DNA of 64,000 nucleotides, from positions 2,351-66,350 of the forward strand of contig JAOUME010000001.1 of assembly GCA_029881655.1 (NCBI GenBank), given 5' to 3'. Shown one piece after another: positions 18,292-28,935 of this stretch. The position numbers and the translations under genes are program-made. Each line of letters opens with the position of its first letter. The first letter of the stretch is position 1. Below the pieces are notes generated by a model that was not told where the DNA came from, did no database searches, and saw nothing but the letters and a program-made list of their open reading frames with translations. The stretch is from Deltaproteobacteria bacterium. GTDB taxonomy: Bacteria > SAR324 > XYD2-FULL-50-16.

Positions 18292-18618
18292 ATGGGACTG
18301 TTACCGATAAAATCAACCAACAAAAGAGTTTACGGCGCTGAAATGATCATTGGCGGGGGAATTCTATTTGCCAGCAAATTTTTTTTAGGCGTACTGGCAC
18401 CCGCAGTACTTGGGATATATGGCCTTTACCGTTTGCTTTTCAAAAAAAGCTACCCCGATGGAATCATCAGCATTGCTCTTGGGGTTTTGCTCTATTTTGT
18501 CCTGAACACCTTTAGCATTTTGCTCTGGATTCCTTCGGTCATGGGTATCATGGCGATCATCTACGGGGCTATTTTGTTGTTTATGCCCAGAAAAGAAGAC
18601 ACCGAACCCGAGATTTAA
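18292..18618 (+). CDS. Small integral membrane protein, hypothetical.
   Basis: 108 aa with three predicted TM helices. Confidence 0.4.
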   Translation: MGLLPIKSTNKRVYGAEMIIGGGILFASKFFLGVLAPAVLGIYGLYRLLFKKSYPDGIISIALGVLLYFVLNTFSILLWIPSVMGIMAIIYGAILLFMPRKEDTEPEI

Positions 18619-18644
18619 TCAAAATCCCGTACTCACTAAATAAT

Positions 18645-19226
18645 ATGGCAATAGAAAACGATCTGATTAAATCCGCCTTGCTGGAAGCAAAAACCCTGCT
18701 GGATGACTTTATCGTTCCCGAGAACATCGAAAAGACGGCTGTATTTGCCCGAGAGGTCTTTGAGACAATCCAAAAGGGAAACAAGGTGATCACCTGCGGA
18801 AACGGCGGCAGCATGTGCGATGCGATGCATTTCGCCGAAGAGCTGACGGGCCGCTTTAGAGCTGACAGACCGGCCTATCCCGCCATCGCCATATCCGATC
18901 CTTCGCACATCACCTGTACGGGAAATGATTACGGCTTGGAGTTTATCTTTTCCCGCTACATTGAGGCTTTGGGAAATGAGGGGGATCTGCTAATAGGAAT
19001 TTCAACTTCGGGTAACTCTCTTAACATCTATAACGCTGTCAGAGCGGCCAAGGAAAAAGGTCTTAAAACTTCAGCTCTACTTGGAAAAGGTGGCGGTACT
19101 ATAGCGCAAATCGCCGATAATTCAATCGTGGTTCCAGGACAGACCAGCGACCGGATTCAGGAAATCCATATCAAAATTATCCATTCAACCATTGAGGCGG
19201 TCGAAAGACTCCTTGCCGATAATTAA
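18645..19226 (+). CDS. gmhA: D-sedoheptulose-7-phosphate isomerase (SIS domain).
   Basis: KVITCGNGGSMCDAMHFAEELTGRF and ISTSGNS motifs of GmhA. Confidence 0.8.
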   Translation: MAIENDLIKSALLEAKTLLDDFIVPENIEKTAVFAREVFETIQKGNKVITCGNGGSMCDAMHFAEELTGRFRADRPAYPAIAISDPSHITCTGNDYGLEFIFSRYIEALGNEGDLLIGISTSGNSLNIYNAVRAAKEKGLKTSALLGKGGGTIAQIADNSIVVPGQTSDRIQEIHIKIIHSTIEAVERLLADN

Positions 19227-19287
19227 AAGAGAGACTAATTATTAATCAACAACATCCGAATAATTAACCGCTATAAAACCTTATCCT

Positions 19288-20820
19288 ATGATCGTTATTT
19301 TAGACTTCGGGTCCCAATACACCCAACTGATCGCCAGAAGAATCAGAGAATTAAACGTCTATTGTGAAATCCAAACCTATAATTTCGCACTGGAAAAACT
19401 TAAGGATATGAAACCCGAAGGTATCATCTTGTCTGGGGGACCCAGTTCGACCGTCAGCGATATGGCCATCACCATTGATCCGGCTATTTTTGAGTTTGGG
19501 GTTCCAGTCCTTGGAATCTGTTACGGTTTTCAGCTGATGGTGTCGCTTCTAGGCGGAGAAGTCCAAAACTCAGATCACTCCGAATACGGCAAAACCAATA
19601 TCGAAATCCTTTCACAGGACCCTTTTTTCGACCATATCCCGGACCTTAAAAACCACACCGTTTGGATGAGTCACGGCGACCGGGTTCAGTCTTTGCCCAA
19701 AGATTTTAAAATTCTGGCCAAAAGCGAGAACTCTCCTTTTTGCGCGATTTATGAACCAAAAAGGAAACTGTATGGTATCCAGTTTCATCCGGAGGTTTCC
19801 CATACCGATCAGGGCACTCAAATTTTAAGCAATTTCGTCTTTAAAATCTGCGAAGCGAAATCAAACTGGAATATGGCATCCTTTCTGGAGACTAAAACCG
19901 CAGAGATCAAACAGCAGGTAGGCGACCAAAAGGTCCTTTGCGCCTTAAGCGGTGGGGTGGATTCATCGGTGGTGGCAGTGCTACTACACAAGGCGATCGG
20001 CGATAACCTGATTTGCATCTTTGTCGATAACGGACTCTTAAGAAAAAATGAAGCCGAAAAAGTCGTACGAGTTTACCGGGAAAACTACCACATCAACCTG
20101 ATCCATATCCAAGCGCAAGATCTTTTTTTAGATAAACTCAAGGGCATTACCAACCCTGAGGAAAAAAGGAAAATCATCGGCTATGAATTTATCCGGCTTT
20201 TCGAAAAAGAAGCCAAAAAACTTGAGGATGTTCCATTTTTGGCACAGGGGACCCTTTATCCCGATGTGATCGAATCGGTTTCTTTTAAAGGACCATCCGC
20301 CGTCATCAAATCCCATCATAATGTCGGTGGGCTACCAGAAAACATGAAAATGGAATTAGTCGAGCCATTAAGAGAACTTTTTAAGGACGAGGTTCGCGAA
20401 CTAGGAAAAACGCTGGGGATGCCCGATGAAATCATACACCGCCACCCCTTCCCAGGACCGGGTCTTGGTGTCAGAATTTTAGGCGATATCGACCTAGAAA
20501 AAATCCAGACACTCCAAGAGGCCGATGCGATCGTCCTTGAAGAGATCAAAAAGGCGGGTTGGTATAATAAAGTCTGGCAGGCGTTCGCGGTCCTGCTGCC
20601 AGTTAAATCCGTTGGTGTTATGGGGGATAACCGAACTTACGAATGGACAGTCGCGATCCGTTGCGTCAATTCATTGGATGCCATGACTGCCGATTGGACG
20701 AGACTGCCTTATGAGCTTTTAGGGAGAATATCTAACCGGATCATTAACGAAGTAAAAAGAGTCAACCGGGTAACCTACGATATTACATCGAAGCCCCCGG
20801 GTACCATCGAATGGGAATAA
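19288..20820 (+). CDS. guaA: GMP synthase (glutamine-hydrolysing).
   Basis: An N-terminal GATase (GICYGFQLM), the ATP-PPase SGGVDSSV motif and the conserved C-terminal dimerisation domain. 510 aa. Confidence 0.9.
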   Translation: MIVILDFGSQYTQLIARRIRELNVYCEIQTYNFALEKLKDMKPEGIILSGGPSSTVSDMAITIDPAIFEFGVPVLGICYGFQLMVSLLGGEVQNSDHSEYGKTNIEILSQDPFFDHIPDLKNHTVWMSHGDRVQSLPKDFKILAKSENSPFCAIYEPKRKLYGIQFHPEVSHTDQGTQILSNFVFKICEAKSNWNMASFLETKTAEIKQQVGDQKVLCALSGGVDSSVVAVLLHKAIGDNLICIFVDNGLLRKNEAEKVVRVYRENYHINLIHIQAQDLFLDKLKGITNPEEKRKIIGYEFIRLFEKEAKKLEDVPFLAQGTLYPDVIESVSFKGPSAVIKSHHNVGGLPENMKMELVEPLRELFKDEVRELGKTLGMPDEIIHRHPFPGPGLGVRILGDIDLEKIQTLQEADAIVLEEIKKAGWYNKVWQAFAVLLPVKSVGVMGDNRTYEWTVAIRCVNSLDAMTADWTRLPYELLGRISNRIINEVKRVNRVTYDITSKPPGTIEWE

Positions 20821-20951
20821 TTTTTCATCCTAAACCTGATTGATTTATCCTACAGGCTCGTGTAATAAATAATAAAAAGACTCAAACGCTTAAAACCGTG
20901 TCGTGAAAATGCTGTTTTAGTTGGCTTTTAACTTATTCAGAAAAATACCAT

Positions 20952-21635
20952 TTGAGTATCAATTTAAATTATTTTATGTTTTCAAAAAAAAAAGGGGCAA
21001 TCATTGTAGTGCTTTGCTTTTTTTTGCCCTTTTTAATCGGCGCTAAGATTGATTTTTGGTCTCAATTTGAACAGAATTTTAGAAAATTTAAATCGTTTGG
21101 CGGTACCTTTAAACAGGAATATTACGATTCAATACAAAGCAAAAGCTTTGTTTCACACGGCCTGATTGAATATCTCTCACCAGGCTTAATGCGTTGGAGT
21201 TACAATAAACCCGACGAAATGGAAATTGTGATCGGCACTGACAGGATCTGGATTTACGATCCCATTCTAGATAACGTCACCATCCAGCGGCTCGACCAGA
21301 TTACCCGAATGAACGCGATCGGTTTTTTACAAAACCAATCAAAATTATCGGTTATTTATACTCCGGTAAAACCCGGGGTGGTCTTTCTAGATTCTTTTAA
21401 GAATCACCACCCCTTGTTTTTAAAGCCCAAACGAACAGATGCCGGCTATAGGGAAATTCAATTGGCGGTCAATAAAAGTAATTTTCAGATCACCCAGTTC
21501 GTGATCATCGACAATCAGTCCAATTATCGTAAAATTACTTTTTCAGACATCAATACAGGAATGAAGTTTAAACCAGAGGACTTTATGTTTAAAGTTAAAG
21601 ATAATCTGGAAGTTATCAACGAATTCGACAAATAA
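20952..21635 (+). CDS. LolA-like outer-membrane lipoprotein carrier family protein (tentative).
   Basis: A signal peptide and a beta-rich pattern resembling LolA/LppX-fold proteins. The call is weak. Confidence 0.35.
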   Translation: MSINLNYFMFSKKKGAIIVVLCFFLPFLIGAKIDFWSQFEQNFRKFKSFGGTFKQEYYDSIQSKSFVSHGLIEYLSPGLMRWSYNKPDEMEIVIGTDRIWIYDPILDNVTIQRLDQITRMNAIGFLQNQSKLSVIYTPVKPGVVFLDSFKNHHPLFLKPKRTDAGYREIQLAVNKSNFQITQFVIIDNQSNYRKITFSDINTGMKFKPEDFMFKVKDNLEVINEFDK

Positions 21636-21649
21636 TAAAAGAACCTAAT

Positions 21650-22363
21650 ATGCTGAGATTTGCTCTGATTCTTGTAAGTTTATTTTTTATTCTACAGCCC
21701 ATATGCAGTCTTTTCGCACAAGATAACAAAGAGTCCGCGTCCGTTGCGCAAAAACCCGCAAGCGAAGAAAAACCAATCTCGCCAGGTATTAAACGTTTTG
21801 GGAATAATTTTATGATTTTCCCCACCGAGCAGCCTTCTAATTCTTTTTATATCGGTAAAACGAAATATTTTTCCAAAAAAGGATTTATCCTGCGAGATGT
21901 CATTGAAGCCCCAGAGGGTTATGTTTATTCAGGAGAAACGGAAAACCAAAAAAAAACCATGGGGTATTTCGGTAAACTTGAGGCGGAATTCACCGAACTG
22001 GAAGGCGGTTTTTTCCAATTAAAGAAAGATTCCTTAAGCAAGCTTTACAGGAATTACCCAGGAGATAAGATTCAGGAACTGCTACCCAGATCCAACACAG
22101 CAGCCGGTTTGGTTTATAATGGTCATGACAGAGCCGTGTTCTTTCATATCGCTAATGGCAAATCCATTGAAACCGAAGATGGTAAAATGAAATATCTATA
22201 TACTTTCAAAATCCATTTAACCGATATAAAAACGCCAAATATTAAAACGATATCTCCCCAAATCGATGACTTTGATCCAATTTTAAAATTAAATTGGTTA
22301 AAAAGAAACGTGGTGCAATATATTTTAAGTGATGGTCAAAAGTTTCAAATTAATGTAGACTAG
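21650..22363 (+). CDS. Hypothetical secreted protein.
   Basis: A signal peptide (LFAQD cleavage-like). No recognisable domain. Confidence 0.4.
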   Translation: MLRFALILVSLFFILQPICSLFAQDNKESASVAQKPASEEKPISPGIKRFGNNFMIFPTEQPSNSFYIGKTKYFSKKGFILRDVIEAPEGYVYSGETENQKKTMGYFGKLEAEFTELEGGFFQLKKDSLSKLYRNYPGDKIQELLPRSNTAAGLVYNGHDRAVFFHIANGKSIETEDGKMKYLYTFKIHLTDIKTPNIKTISPQIDDFDPILKLNWLKRNVVQYILSDGQKFQINVD

Positions 22364-22408
22364 ATCATAATTGAGCATAAAAAAAGCAATCAGCAACCTA
22401 TTCGATTA

Positions 22409-22810
22409 ATGGCTCAGAAAATGAAATTCGAAAAAACACACGAATTAACCCCGGAAGAAAAACTTTATTTCCGCTCGAAACTGGACGAAAAACTCCATAA
22501 TCTTCTCAATGAATCCGGCGAGACCGTGCAAGAAATGCAGGGAAGCTCCCAGGAGTTCCCAGACCCGGGAGATAGGGCTAATTTCGAGTTTGAGAGAAAC
22601 ACAACCTTAAGAATCAGAGATAGAGAGCGAAAATTAATCAAAAAAGTGCAAGAGGCAATTAAACGCTTGGAAGATGACGAGTACCATGTTTGTGAAGATT
22701 GTGGTGACTGGATCAGCAAAGAGAGACTGGAGGCGAGACCTGTAACGACACTGTGTTTTAACTGTAAAGAGCAACAAGAGCAAAACGAAAAAGTAAGGAA
22801 ATTAAAATAG
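22409..22810 (+). CDS. DksA/TraR-family C4 zinc-finger protein.
   Basis: A coiled-coil N-terminus and a C-terminal CEDCGDWI...CFNC zinc finger. Confidence 0.65.
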   Translation: MAQKMKFEKTHELTPEEKLYFRSKLDEKLHNLLNESGETVQEMQGSSQEFPDPGDRANFEFERNTTLRIRDRERKLIKKVQEAIKRLEDDEYHVCEDCGDWISKERLEARPVTTLCFNCKEQQEQNEKVRKLK

Positions 22811-22890
22811 ACGCGAAAACTTGCTCTATACTCTGTTTGATTTTTATTTGCTTAGGCTGACCTCTTTAATAAAATGTAATATTCGCCACT

Positions 22891-24777
22891 ATGAGCCTAT
22901 CGGAACAAATATCCAACCTTGAATCGCTAGTAAAAGACCTGAAACTTGAAGACAATCGGATTCAGGAGTCCCTCGATAAAATCCGCTTTAATGCGTCGGA
23001 CCTGGAAGAGCAGATAGGGATTCTGGTTTCCGCTGGAGTCATGATCAGCCAGGACCAAGAACAAAGCAACGTCCTGCACATCATTATCAACACAGCCAGA
23101 GCCCTAACCAATGCTGACGGAGGAACTGTTTACATTCTAGAAGAAGAATATGAGGACGATCCCTTCAACCCTGGGGAGATCAAAGCCAGATATCTGACTT
23201 TCGAGGTGATGCAAAACGAGACGATGAACGTCTTTTTAAGTGGCGATAAGATCAATCTGCCACCCGTTCCCTTGGAGACCGACGGCAAGCCCAACCATAA
23301 GAACGTTTCCGCTTCCTGCGCCAATACAGGGAAAATCGTCAACATTCCTGATGTCTATGATGCCGAGGGTTTTGATTTCAGCGGAGCAAAAAAATACGAT
23401 CAGGCTACGGGTTACCGTTCCAAATCCATGCTGGTCATCCCTTTGAAGGATCATGAAAACCAAATCAATGGCGTTCTGCAACTGATCAACCGCAAAACCC
23501 CCGACGGCAAAGAAGTTATCGCTTTTTCGGACCGCGATCAGGCCTTGGTTCAGTCGGTTTCTTTCCAGGCAGCCTCGACCTTAACGACAGCTAGGCTTTT
23601 AAAAGATCAGGTTATACTTTTCAATTCTTTTGTTCAGGTACTGGCCGAAGGGCTGGGAGAGAAATCACCTTATAACTTTTCTCATATCAACCGGGTTGCA
23701 AAATTGTCTTTAGAGATTGCTGAGGAAATCGACAAATGGAGCGAAGGTGATTACGGTAAGATCCATTTCGATAAAAACAAAATGGATGAAATTTCGTTGG
23801 CTGGTTGGATGCATGATATCGGCAAGTTGACCACACCGGAAAATATTGTTTCCAAATCCATCAAACTTGAGCTTTTGAGCGACCGTTTCGACTTAATCGT
23901 CGAACGCTTCAACTCAAAGATCAAAGACTTACAAATTGATCATCTTCAAAAAGAAGTCGAAGGACTAAAAAACCAATCTTCTCCAGAATACTTCCATGAA
24001 ATCAACAAGGAAAAAGAAGAAAGTATCTCTTTACTGATTCAGGATTTAAAAACCATCAATAAAACCAACTTCGGAGGTGAGTTTCTCAACGACGATCTAA
24101 AAGCCCTAATCGAAAAATATTATCAGGTTAAACATACCCAGCATATTCTCACAAAAGAAGGCAAGGTCGCTGAATCCAATCGAACCGTGGATGTCGATCT
24201 GGCGGATCATCCGGGCAGTGCTTCTTTGATTAGCGAGGTAGAAAGAGAAATGCTTCTAATCGGCAAGGGAACCCTTTCCGAAGATGAGCGCAAGCAGATT
24301 AACGATCATGCGGACCGCTCCTGGCGGTGGCTAATGAAACTTCCCTTCCCCAAAAAAATGATCAAGTTGCCACTTTACGCCGGTGCCCATCATGAAACCC
24401 TCAACGGGCAGGGATATCCAAATAAGCTTAAGGCGAATCAGCTTCCGATCCAGTCTCGAATCATTGCGATTGCAGATATCTTTGAGGCCTTAACGGCTAA
24501 TGACCGGCCTTATAAAAGCCCCATGCCCCTTTCAAAAGCCTTAAACATTCTCGGGTTCATGATTAAAGATGGTCATCTTGACCCTGAAATCATCAAAATC
24601 TTTCTCAAATCCGGACGCTTCCTGAAATATGCCCAAGAATCCTTGGACAAAGAACAGATTGACGAAGTCGATATTGAGCAATGGTTTGAGAAATTTTTCC
24701 CCAAAGATTTTCAGCACAACCTCCCCTATTATCAAACTTTAACTCAGGAAGAAGACTCAGCTTCTGTAAAGCCATGA
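22891..24777 (+). CDS. GAF domain-containing HD-GYP phosphodiesterase (c-di-GMP hydrolase family).
   Basis: HD motif WMHDIGK and the HHExxxGxGYP motif (AGAHHETLNGQGYPNK). An N-terminal GAF-like region. Confidence 0.7.
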   Translation: MSLSEQISNLESLVKDLKLEDNRIQESLDKIRFNASDLEEQIGILVSAGVMISQDQEQSNVLHIIINTARALTNADGGTVYILEEEYEDDPFNPGEIKARYLTFEVMQNETMNVFLSGDKINLPPVPLETDGKPNHKNVSASCANTGKIVNIPDVYDAEGFDFSGAKKYDQATGYRSKSMLVIPLKDHENQINGVLQLINRKTPDGKEVIAFSDRDQALVQSVSFQAASTLTTARLLKDQVILFNSFVQVLAEGLGEKSPYNFSHINRVAKLSLEIAEEIDKWSEGDYGKIHFDKNKMDEISLAGWMHDIGKLTTPENIVSKSIKLELLSDRFDLIVERFNSKIKDLQIDHLQKEVEGLKNQSSPEYFHEINKEKEESISLLIQDLKTINKTNFGGEFLNDDLKALIEKYYQVKHTQHILTKEGKVAESNRTVDVDLADHPGSASLISEVEREMLLIGKGTLSEDERKQINDHADRSWRWLMKLPFPKKMIKLPLYAGAHHETLNGQGYPNKLKANQLPIQSRIIAIADIFEALTANDRPYKSPMPLSKALNILGFMIKDGHLDPEIIKIFLKSGRFLKYAQESLDKEQIDEVDIEQWFEKFFPKDFQHNLPYYQTLTQEEDSASVKP

Positions 24778-26369
24778 AACGTTTTTTCTTGTCCCTTCTG
24801 GTTTGTTTTTTTTTTACAGCTTGTTTTAATGCTCTTATCGCCGGGGAAACAAAAACTTACTACAGTTCATTATCAGCACCTATCAGGAATAAGGATATCG
24901 TTTTCGCTAGAACCAGCGTTATTTTTGATTTAAGAAGAAGCCTGCTAGAAAAGGCCATTGCCGACCTGATTAACCCCGTCATTTTAGAAGAAAACCATTA
25001 TTTGATCTATCGTTCAAAACCGCTTAATCCTGCAAAATATATCTCTTCTATCAAAGTTTTGAAAGAAAAGGTCGAGGGAAAGCATTTTTACATGGAGATG
25101 CAAGGGACAATTCAACTTGACAGCCTCAAGGAGAAGCTACGGGAAAAAGGCCTGATCCTGCTTGATGATCCTTGGATGGATGTGAGTTGGGTATTGGGAC
25201 AGAATATCGTTTTGCCGCAAAATAAAATCGATGAACGATTGGCTATTTTTCATATACGGCTTAAACCTCAGCAGATTGATACCAATCAGATTTTAACAGA
25301 TTTTGGTAATGAGAAAGCCTTTGCTAGGGAGTTGTTTTCGCGTTTTCCTGAAAATCCAATTATTTTTTTCGTCGATACAAGAGAAATGGAGGATTCCGCT
25401 TTGATCAAGGGCTTGGATTTCCAAATATTCAGGAAATCGGACTTTGCGCTAGTCGATCATTTCTTTTTGACCTTTTCTTCACCCACAACGCCCCCTGAGC
25501 TAAAACGCGCCATTCAAAGAAATCTCCCCAGGCTATTATCCCTTTTTTCTTTAAAAACCCTGGATATCGACACTTACGAAGTCGGTGAGGAATTCTCGAT
25601 CTCTTTAAGCGTTTCTGGCCTTGTCACACCTTATCAGCGATTTATGTTCGAAAGTTGGATTTTAAAACCCAATCGCTTGATCCAGTCCTTCAAAATTTTG
25701 GGCATTTCTAAAGAAAATGCTCAATACCAACTTTTCAGCGTTAGTAGCCTGTCAAACTTAAAACAACGTCTTCAAAAAACAAACCCTTATTTTGACATAA
25801 TACCGATCGAAACGGACCCACCCGTTAATGACAAATTGGCAGTCAGGGCGACACCCAAGCTGGAACCGAATATCCTTCAGATGAGATCCTGGAATCCAGA
25901 AAATAATGTCATCAAAATGATCAAGGAGACTTTGGCGATTCAAAACGAAGAGGAACTCGAAAGTTATATTCCGTCGGTCATTGAGGAAGAACCCAACAAC
26001 GACTCTCAACATATCGACCAACTCGTTCCTGATATATTAATGCTGGGAAAAATTTCTTCCAGAGTTGATAACGACGTTTTTATGCTAACCACTCCCGAGT
26101 TGAAATCGAAACTCAAAATCAAATGGATTCAAGTTGGAAAAACGGATCTTTCACCGCTATTAAAACTTTACGACAAGGACTTTAATTATCTCAATAGCTA
26201 TTTCCTGGCAGGCAACCAAAACCAACTGGAGATCGATTACGAACCAATTTCAGATGATCCCCAAACGCTCTTTGTCCTAATCACCGACCGTATCGGCTTC
26301 GTAGCAGGAGAAACTGGGGGATTTAAATCCTTTTATTATTTGCTACGATACGAATGGGAAAAGGATTAG
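24774..26369 (+). CDS. Hypothetical secreted/periplasmic protein (531 aa), start-overlapping the HD-GYP gene (ATGA).
   Basis: A signal peptide. There is a 4-nt stop/start overlap with the upstream gene. Confidence 0.45.
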   Translation: MKRFFLSLLVCFFFTACFNALIAGETKTYYSSLSAPIRNKDIVFARTSVIFDLRRSLLEKAIADLINPVILEENHYLIYRSKPLNPAKYISSIKVLKEKVEGKHFYMEMQGTIQLDSLKEKLREKGLILLDDPWMDVSWVLGQNIVLPQNKIDERLAIFHIRLKPQQIDTNQILTDFGNEKAFARELFSRFPENPIIFFVDTREMEDSALIKGLDFQIFRKSDFALVDHFFLTFSSPTTPPELKRAIQRNLPRLLSLFSLKTLDIDTYEVGEEFSISLSVSGLVTPYQRFMFESWILKPNRLIQSFKILGISKENAQYQLFSVSSLSNLKQRLQKTNPYFDIIPIETDPPVNDKLAVRATPKLEPNILQMRSWNPENNVIKMIKETLAIQNEEELESYIPSVIEEEPNNDSQHIDQLVPDILMLGKISSRVDNDVFMLTTPELKSKLKIKWIQVGKTDLSPLLKLYDKDFNYLNSYFLAGNQNQLEIDYEPISDDPQTLFVLITDRIGFVAGETGGFKSFYYLLRYEWEKD

Positions 26370-27049
26370 TCGCCTCGAATCACTATCTCGGGGAAATAGT
26401 TAATTTTGGGAATAAGAAGGTTTTGCGCGATGATTTCGGCCAACTCTTCCGGGTCGATCATTTTATTTGGGGGAAGGTGGGATTTGGTTTGCTTAAAAAA
26501 ATCGGTATTGACGCTACCGGGCTTATAAAGCCAAACTCTACCGTTTTCATGTTTAACTTCTGTTTGCAAGGTCTTCGCAAAATAATCAAGACCAGCCTTG
26601 CTGGCCCCATATAGTCCGTTTTTCATCCAGGTTTGACTGGTGGATGCCGAAGAAAGGAAAACAAGCTCATAACCCTTCTGATCCCTAGCAAGATGAAAAA
26701 GTCTGTAAAAACAAAATGCGGATGTCAAATTGATATCCATTACCTGATTCCATTCCTCAAGCGAAACATTGGCCAGCTTTTTAAAAAGAGGCATGCCGGC
26801 CATATGAATGCCGGTTTGAAAAGGGGTGCTTTGTGATTTAATCCAGTTCTGAACCTTTTTGAATTGTGTTGGGTCACAAAGAGGCCCAACTTGAAAAACT
26901 TGTTCCTTTTTCAGGTTCAACCTTTCCTGTAGGGATTTCAACTTGGCAGAAGATCGCCCCAGAACAAAAAGATTCGCGTGTCTTTTAATAAGAGCCTGAC
27001 ATACCGCTTGGCCGATTCCACCGGTTGCGCCATAGATCAAAACATTCAT
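26366..27049 (-). CDS. SDR-family short-chain dehydrogenase/reductase.
   Basis: A TGGIG glycine-rich NAD(P) motif in MNVLIYGATGGIGQA, plus YGASK (YxxxK). The start was chosen at the Met preceding the Rossmann motif; the ORF is open to 27073. Confidence 0.7.
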   Translation of the reverse strand: MNVLIYGATGGIGQAVCQALIKRHANLFVLGRSSAKLKSLQERLNLKKEQVFQVGPLCDPTQFKKVQNWIKSQSTPFQTGIHMAGMPLFKKLANVSLEEWNQVMDINLTSAFCFYRLFHLARDQKGYELVFLSSASTSQTWMKNGLYGASKAGLDYFAKTLQTEVKHENGRVWLYKPGSVNTDFFKQTKSHLPPNKMIDPEELAEIIAQNLLIPKINYFPEIVIRGD

Positions 27050-27062
27050 CGATAATTTTTCC

Positions 27063-28031
27063 ATGTATTCCAACTATACTTTCAAAACCATTCCAATAGA
27101 TCACATTGATGAACAGGATAAAACATTTTTAATCCGGAGTCATCCTGAAAACCATGACATCAAATACCCCGGTTTGCGTATTTTTAGGCCGATTTATCTT
27201 CAGGAAACGAAAACCGCTCAATATAAAATCCTTTCAGATCATTTTTTAATCGAACAAATCAAAAATGAGAATAAAAACCTCAGCGTTCCTGCCCTCATTT
27301 TCCCCAAAGAAGAAGACAACCTCCAACTATGGTTATTAATGATACACCAAAGCCATTTTGAAAAAAAGCTGACTCCTTTTGGTTTTTTTGAAAGTCTATA
27401 TAAGGTCTCAAGTCTGGTCGATAAAAGCAAGCTGTTGGGAAAGAGCCGGGAATTTCTTATATCTCAAAACTGGACCAAAAAAGACTTACGCTTCCAAGAC
27501 GTAAAAAATATTATCGATAAATCCACCCATTACACCTATTTCACAAATCCTTTTCTGTTAAGTTCCCAGGAGCTGATCCTTTTGGCTGAGTTCGATGAAA
27601 AAAGTCTTGTCCTTTTAACGGAACTCTTAGAAGGCATTCAACTTAAGGGAAATAAATTATTCGGGCTTCTTCAAATGCTCCGCGAACTTAAAATCGGGTA
27701 TAAAACCGACATAAAAAACCTTTTATTGAACCCTGAGATTCAAATAATAGTCAAGGACCAGCCCAAGAATTTGCTGTATCGAAATTTAAAAGCCAAATTA
27801 AGCGAGTTGCGTAACCCCACGTTAAAATCCCTTCAACATAAATGGAGCCAATCACTAGAAAAGGTCCATCTCCCAGAAGGAATCAAAATCAAACACGATC
27901 CGTACTTTGAACAAGATTTTATCGAACTAGTTTTTTACGCCTCCTCAAAAAACCAGTTGAAAAACCAAATCAAATGGGCAAAAGATAGCCTACTCTCCAA
28001 CGAGTTGAACAGCCTATTTGATATTTTATAG
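27063..28031 (+). CDS. ParB N-terminal (ParB/Srx-fold)-like domain protein, divergent and lacking the GERRxR arginine motif.
   Basis: The N-terminal region IPIDHIDEQD...RPIYLQ...YKILSDHFLIEQIKNE...VPALI follows the ParB-N domain pattern by recall. The rest is Lys/Leu-rich helical. Confidence 0.35.
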   Translation: MYSNYTFKTIPIDHIDEQDKTFLIRSHPENHDIKYPGLRIFRPIYLQETKTAQYKILSDHFLIEQIKNENKNLSVPALIFPKEEDNLQLWLLMIHQSHFEKKLTPFGFFESLYKVSSLVDKSKLLGKSREFLISQNWTKKDLRFQDVKNIIDKSTHYTYFTNPFLLSSQELILLAEFDEKSLVLLTELLEGIQLKGNKLFGLLQMLRELKIGYKTDIKNLLLNPEIQIIVKDQPKNLLYRNLKAKLSELRNPTLKSLQHKWSQSLEKVHLPEGIKIKHDPYFEQDFIELVFYASSKNQLKNQIKWAKDSLLSNELNSLFDIL

Positions 28032-28101
28032 TTAACCAGGATATCATAAGTAGCTATTTAAATTTTACTCAGCTCTCGTTAGATAATGATCATATAGTGA
28101 C

Positions 28102-28935
28102 ATGACTCTACTCGTATTCCCCTTTTCAAAAAATAAATTATTTTCTTTAAGCGAAAGAAGTAAGCACCAATGGATCACCGCATGGTTAAAAAATATCCAT
28201 TCCAAGTTGATCAGTGATCAGTTATCTCCTGGTTCACTGGATTTTTTCATGCAGAACTACTGTCGGGTTTTATCCTGGATCGGAGAACCCACGCCTATTA
28301 TCAACGAACATAAAGATCATCAATGGTGGCTCGAATTTATTTCTGATTGTTTTCACCATCACCAGAAGAAAACCGGCCTGGGATTATCGGAGGATCAATT
28401 TTTACCCAAAGTTCTCACAGGCGACAAAATTGGCCATGACTTTATCCCGAAAATTAAGTACATAGTCGCCCTAGATAATCTAAGAAGCGCATTTAACGTT
28501 GGTTCCATCCTACGGGTTATAGATGCCGTGAGCTTTGAGGGCGTCATCAGCACTGTGAAAACACCTGGAAATGACCACAATCAGGTTAAAAAATCAGCCA
28601 TGGGGTCTCAAGACTGGATTCCTCAGGAACAATGCGGCAACCTTAAGGAGACTTTGCTTGACCTGAAAAAAAAGGATTATCGAATCATCGGACTTGAGAC
28701 CGTGGAAAATTCTATCCGCTATGACCGATACAGTTGGCCTGATAAGGGTGTATTGGTCATGGGGAACGAGGAGTATGGAATTTCAAAAGGGGTTCTTTCC
28801 GTCTGCGACGAGTTTGTTCATCTGCCAATGAGCGGCATCAAAAACTCGATCAACGTAGCCAACGCTTTTAGCGTCGTCGCTTTTCAGATTATGAGCGACC
28901 AAACAAATAACGGTCCGGTAAGTCATGTTAAGTAA
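28102..28935 (+). CDS. SpoU/TrmH-family RNA 2'-O-methyltransferase with a roughly 110-aa N-terminal extension.
   Basis: The C-terminal SPOUT domain is present: ALDNLRSAFNVGSILRVIDAV, GLETVENS, LVMGNEEYGIS, NSINVANAFSVVAF. Confidence 0.6.
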   Translation: MTLLVFPFSKNKLFSLSERSKHQWITAWLKNIHSKLISDQLSPGSLDFFMQNYCRVLSWIGEPTPIINEHKDHQWWLEFISDCFHHHQKKTGLGLSEDQFLPKVLTGDKIGHDFIPKIKYIVALDNLRSAFNVGSILRVIDAVSFEGVISTVKTPGNDHNQVKKSAMGSQDWIPQEQCGNLKETLLDLKKKDYRIIGLETVENSIRYDRYSWPDKGVLVMGNEEYGISKGVLSVCDEFVHLPMSGIKNSINVANAFSVVAFQIMSDQTNNGPVSHVK

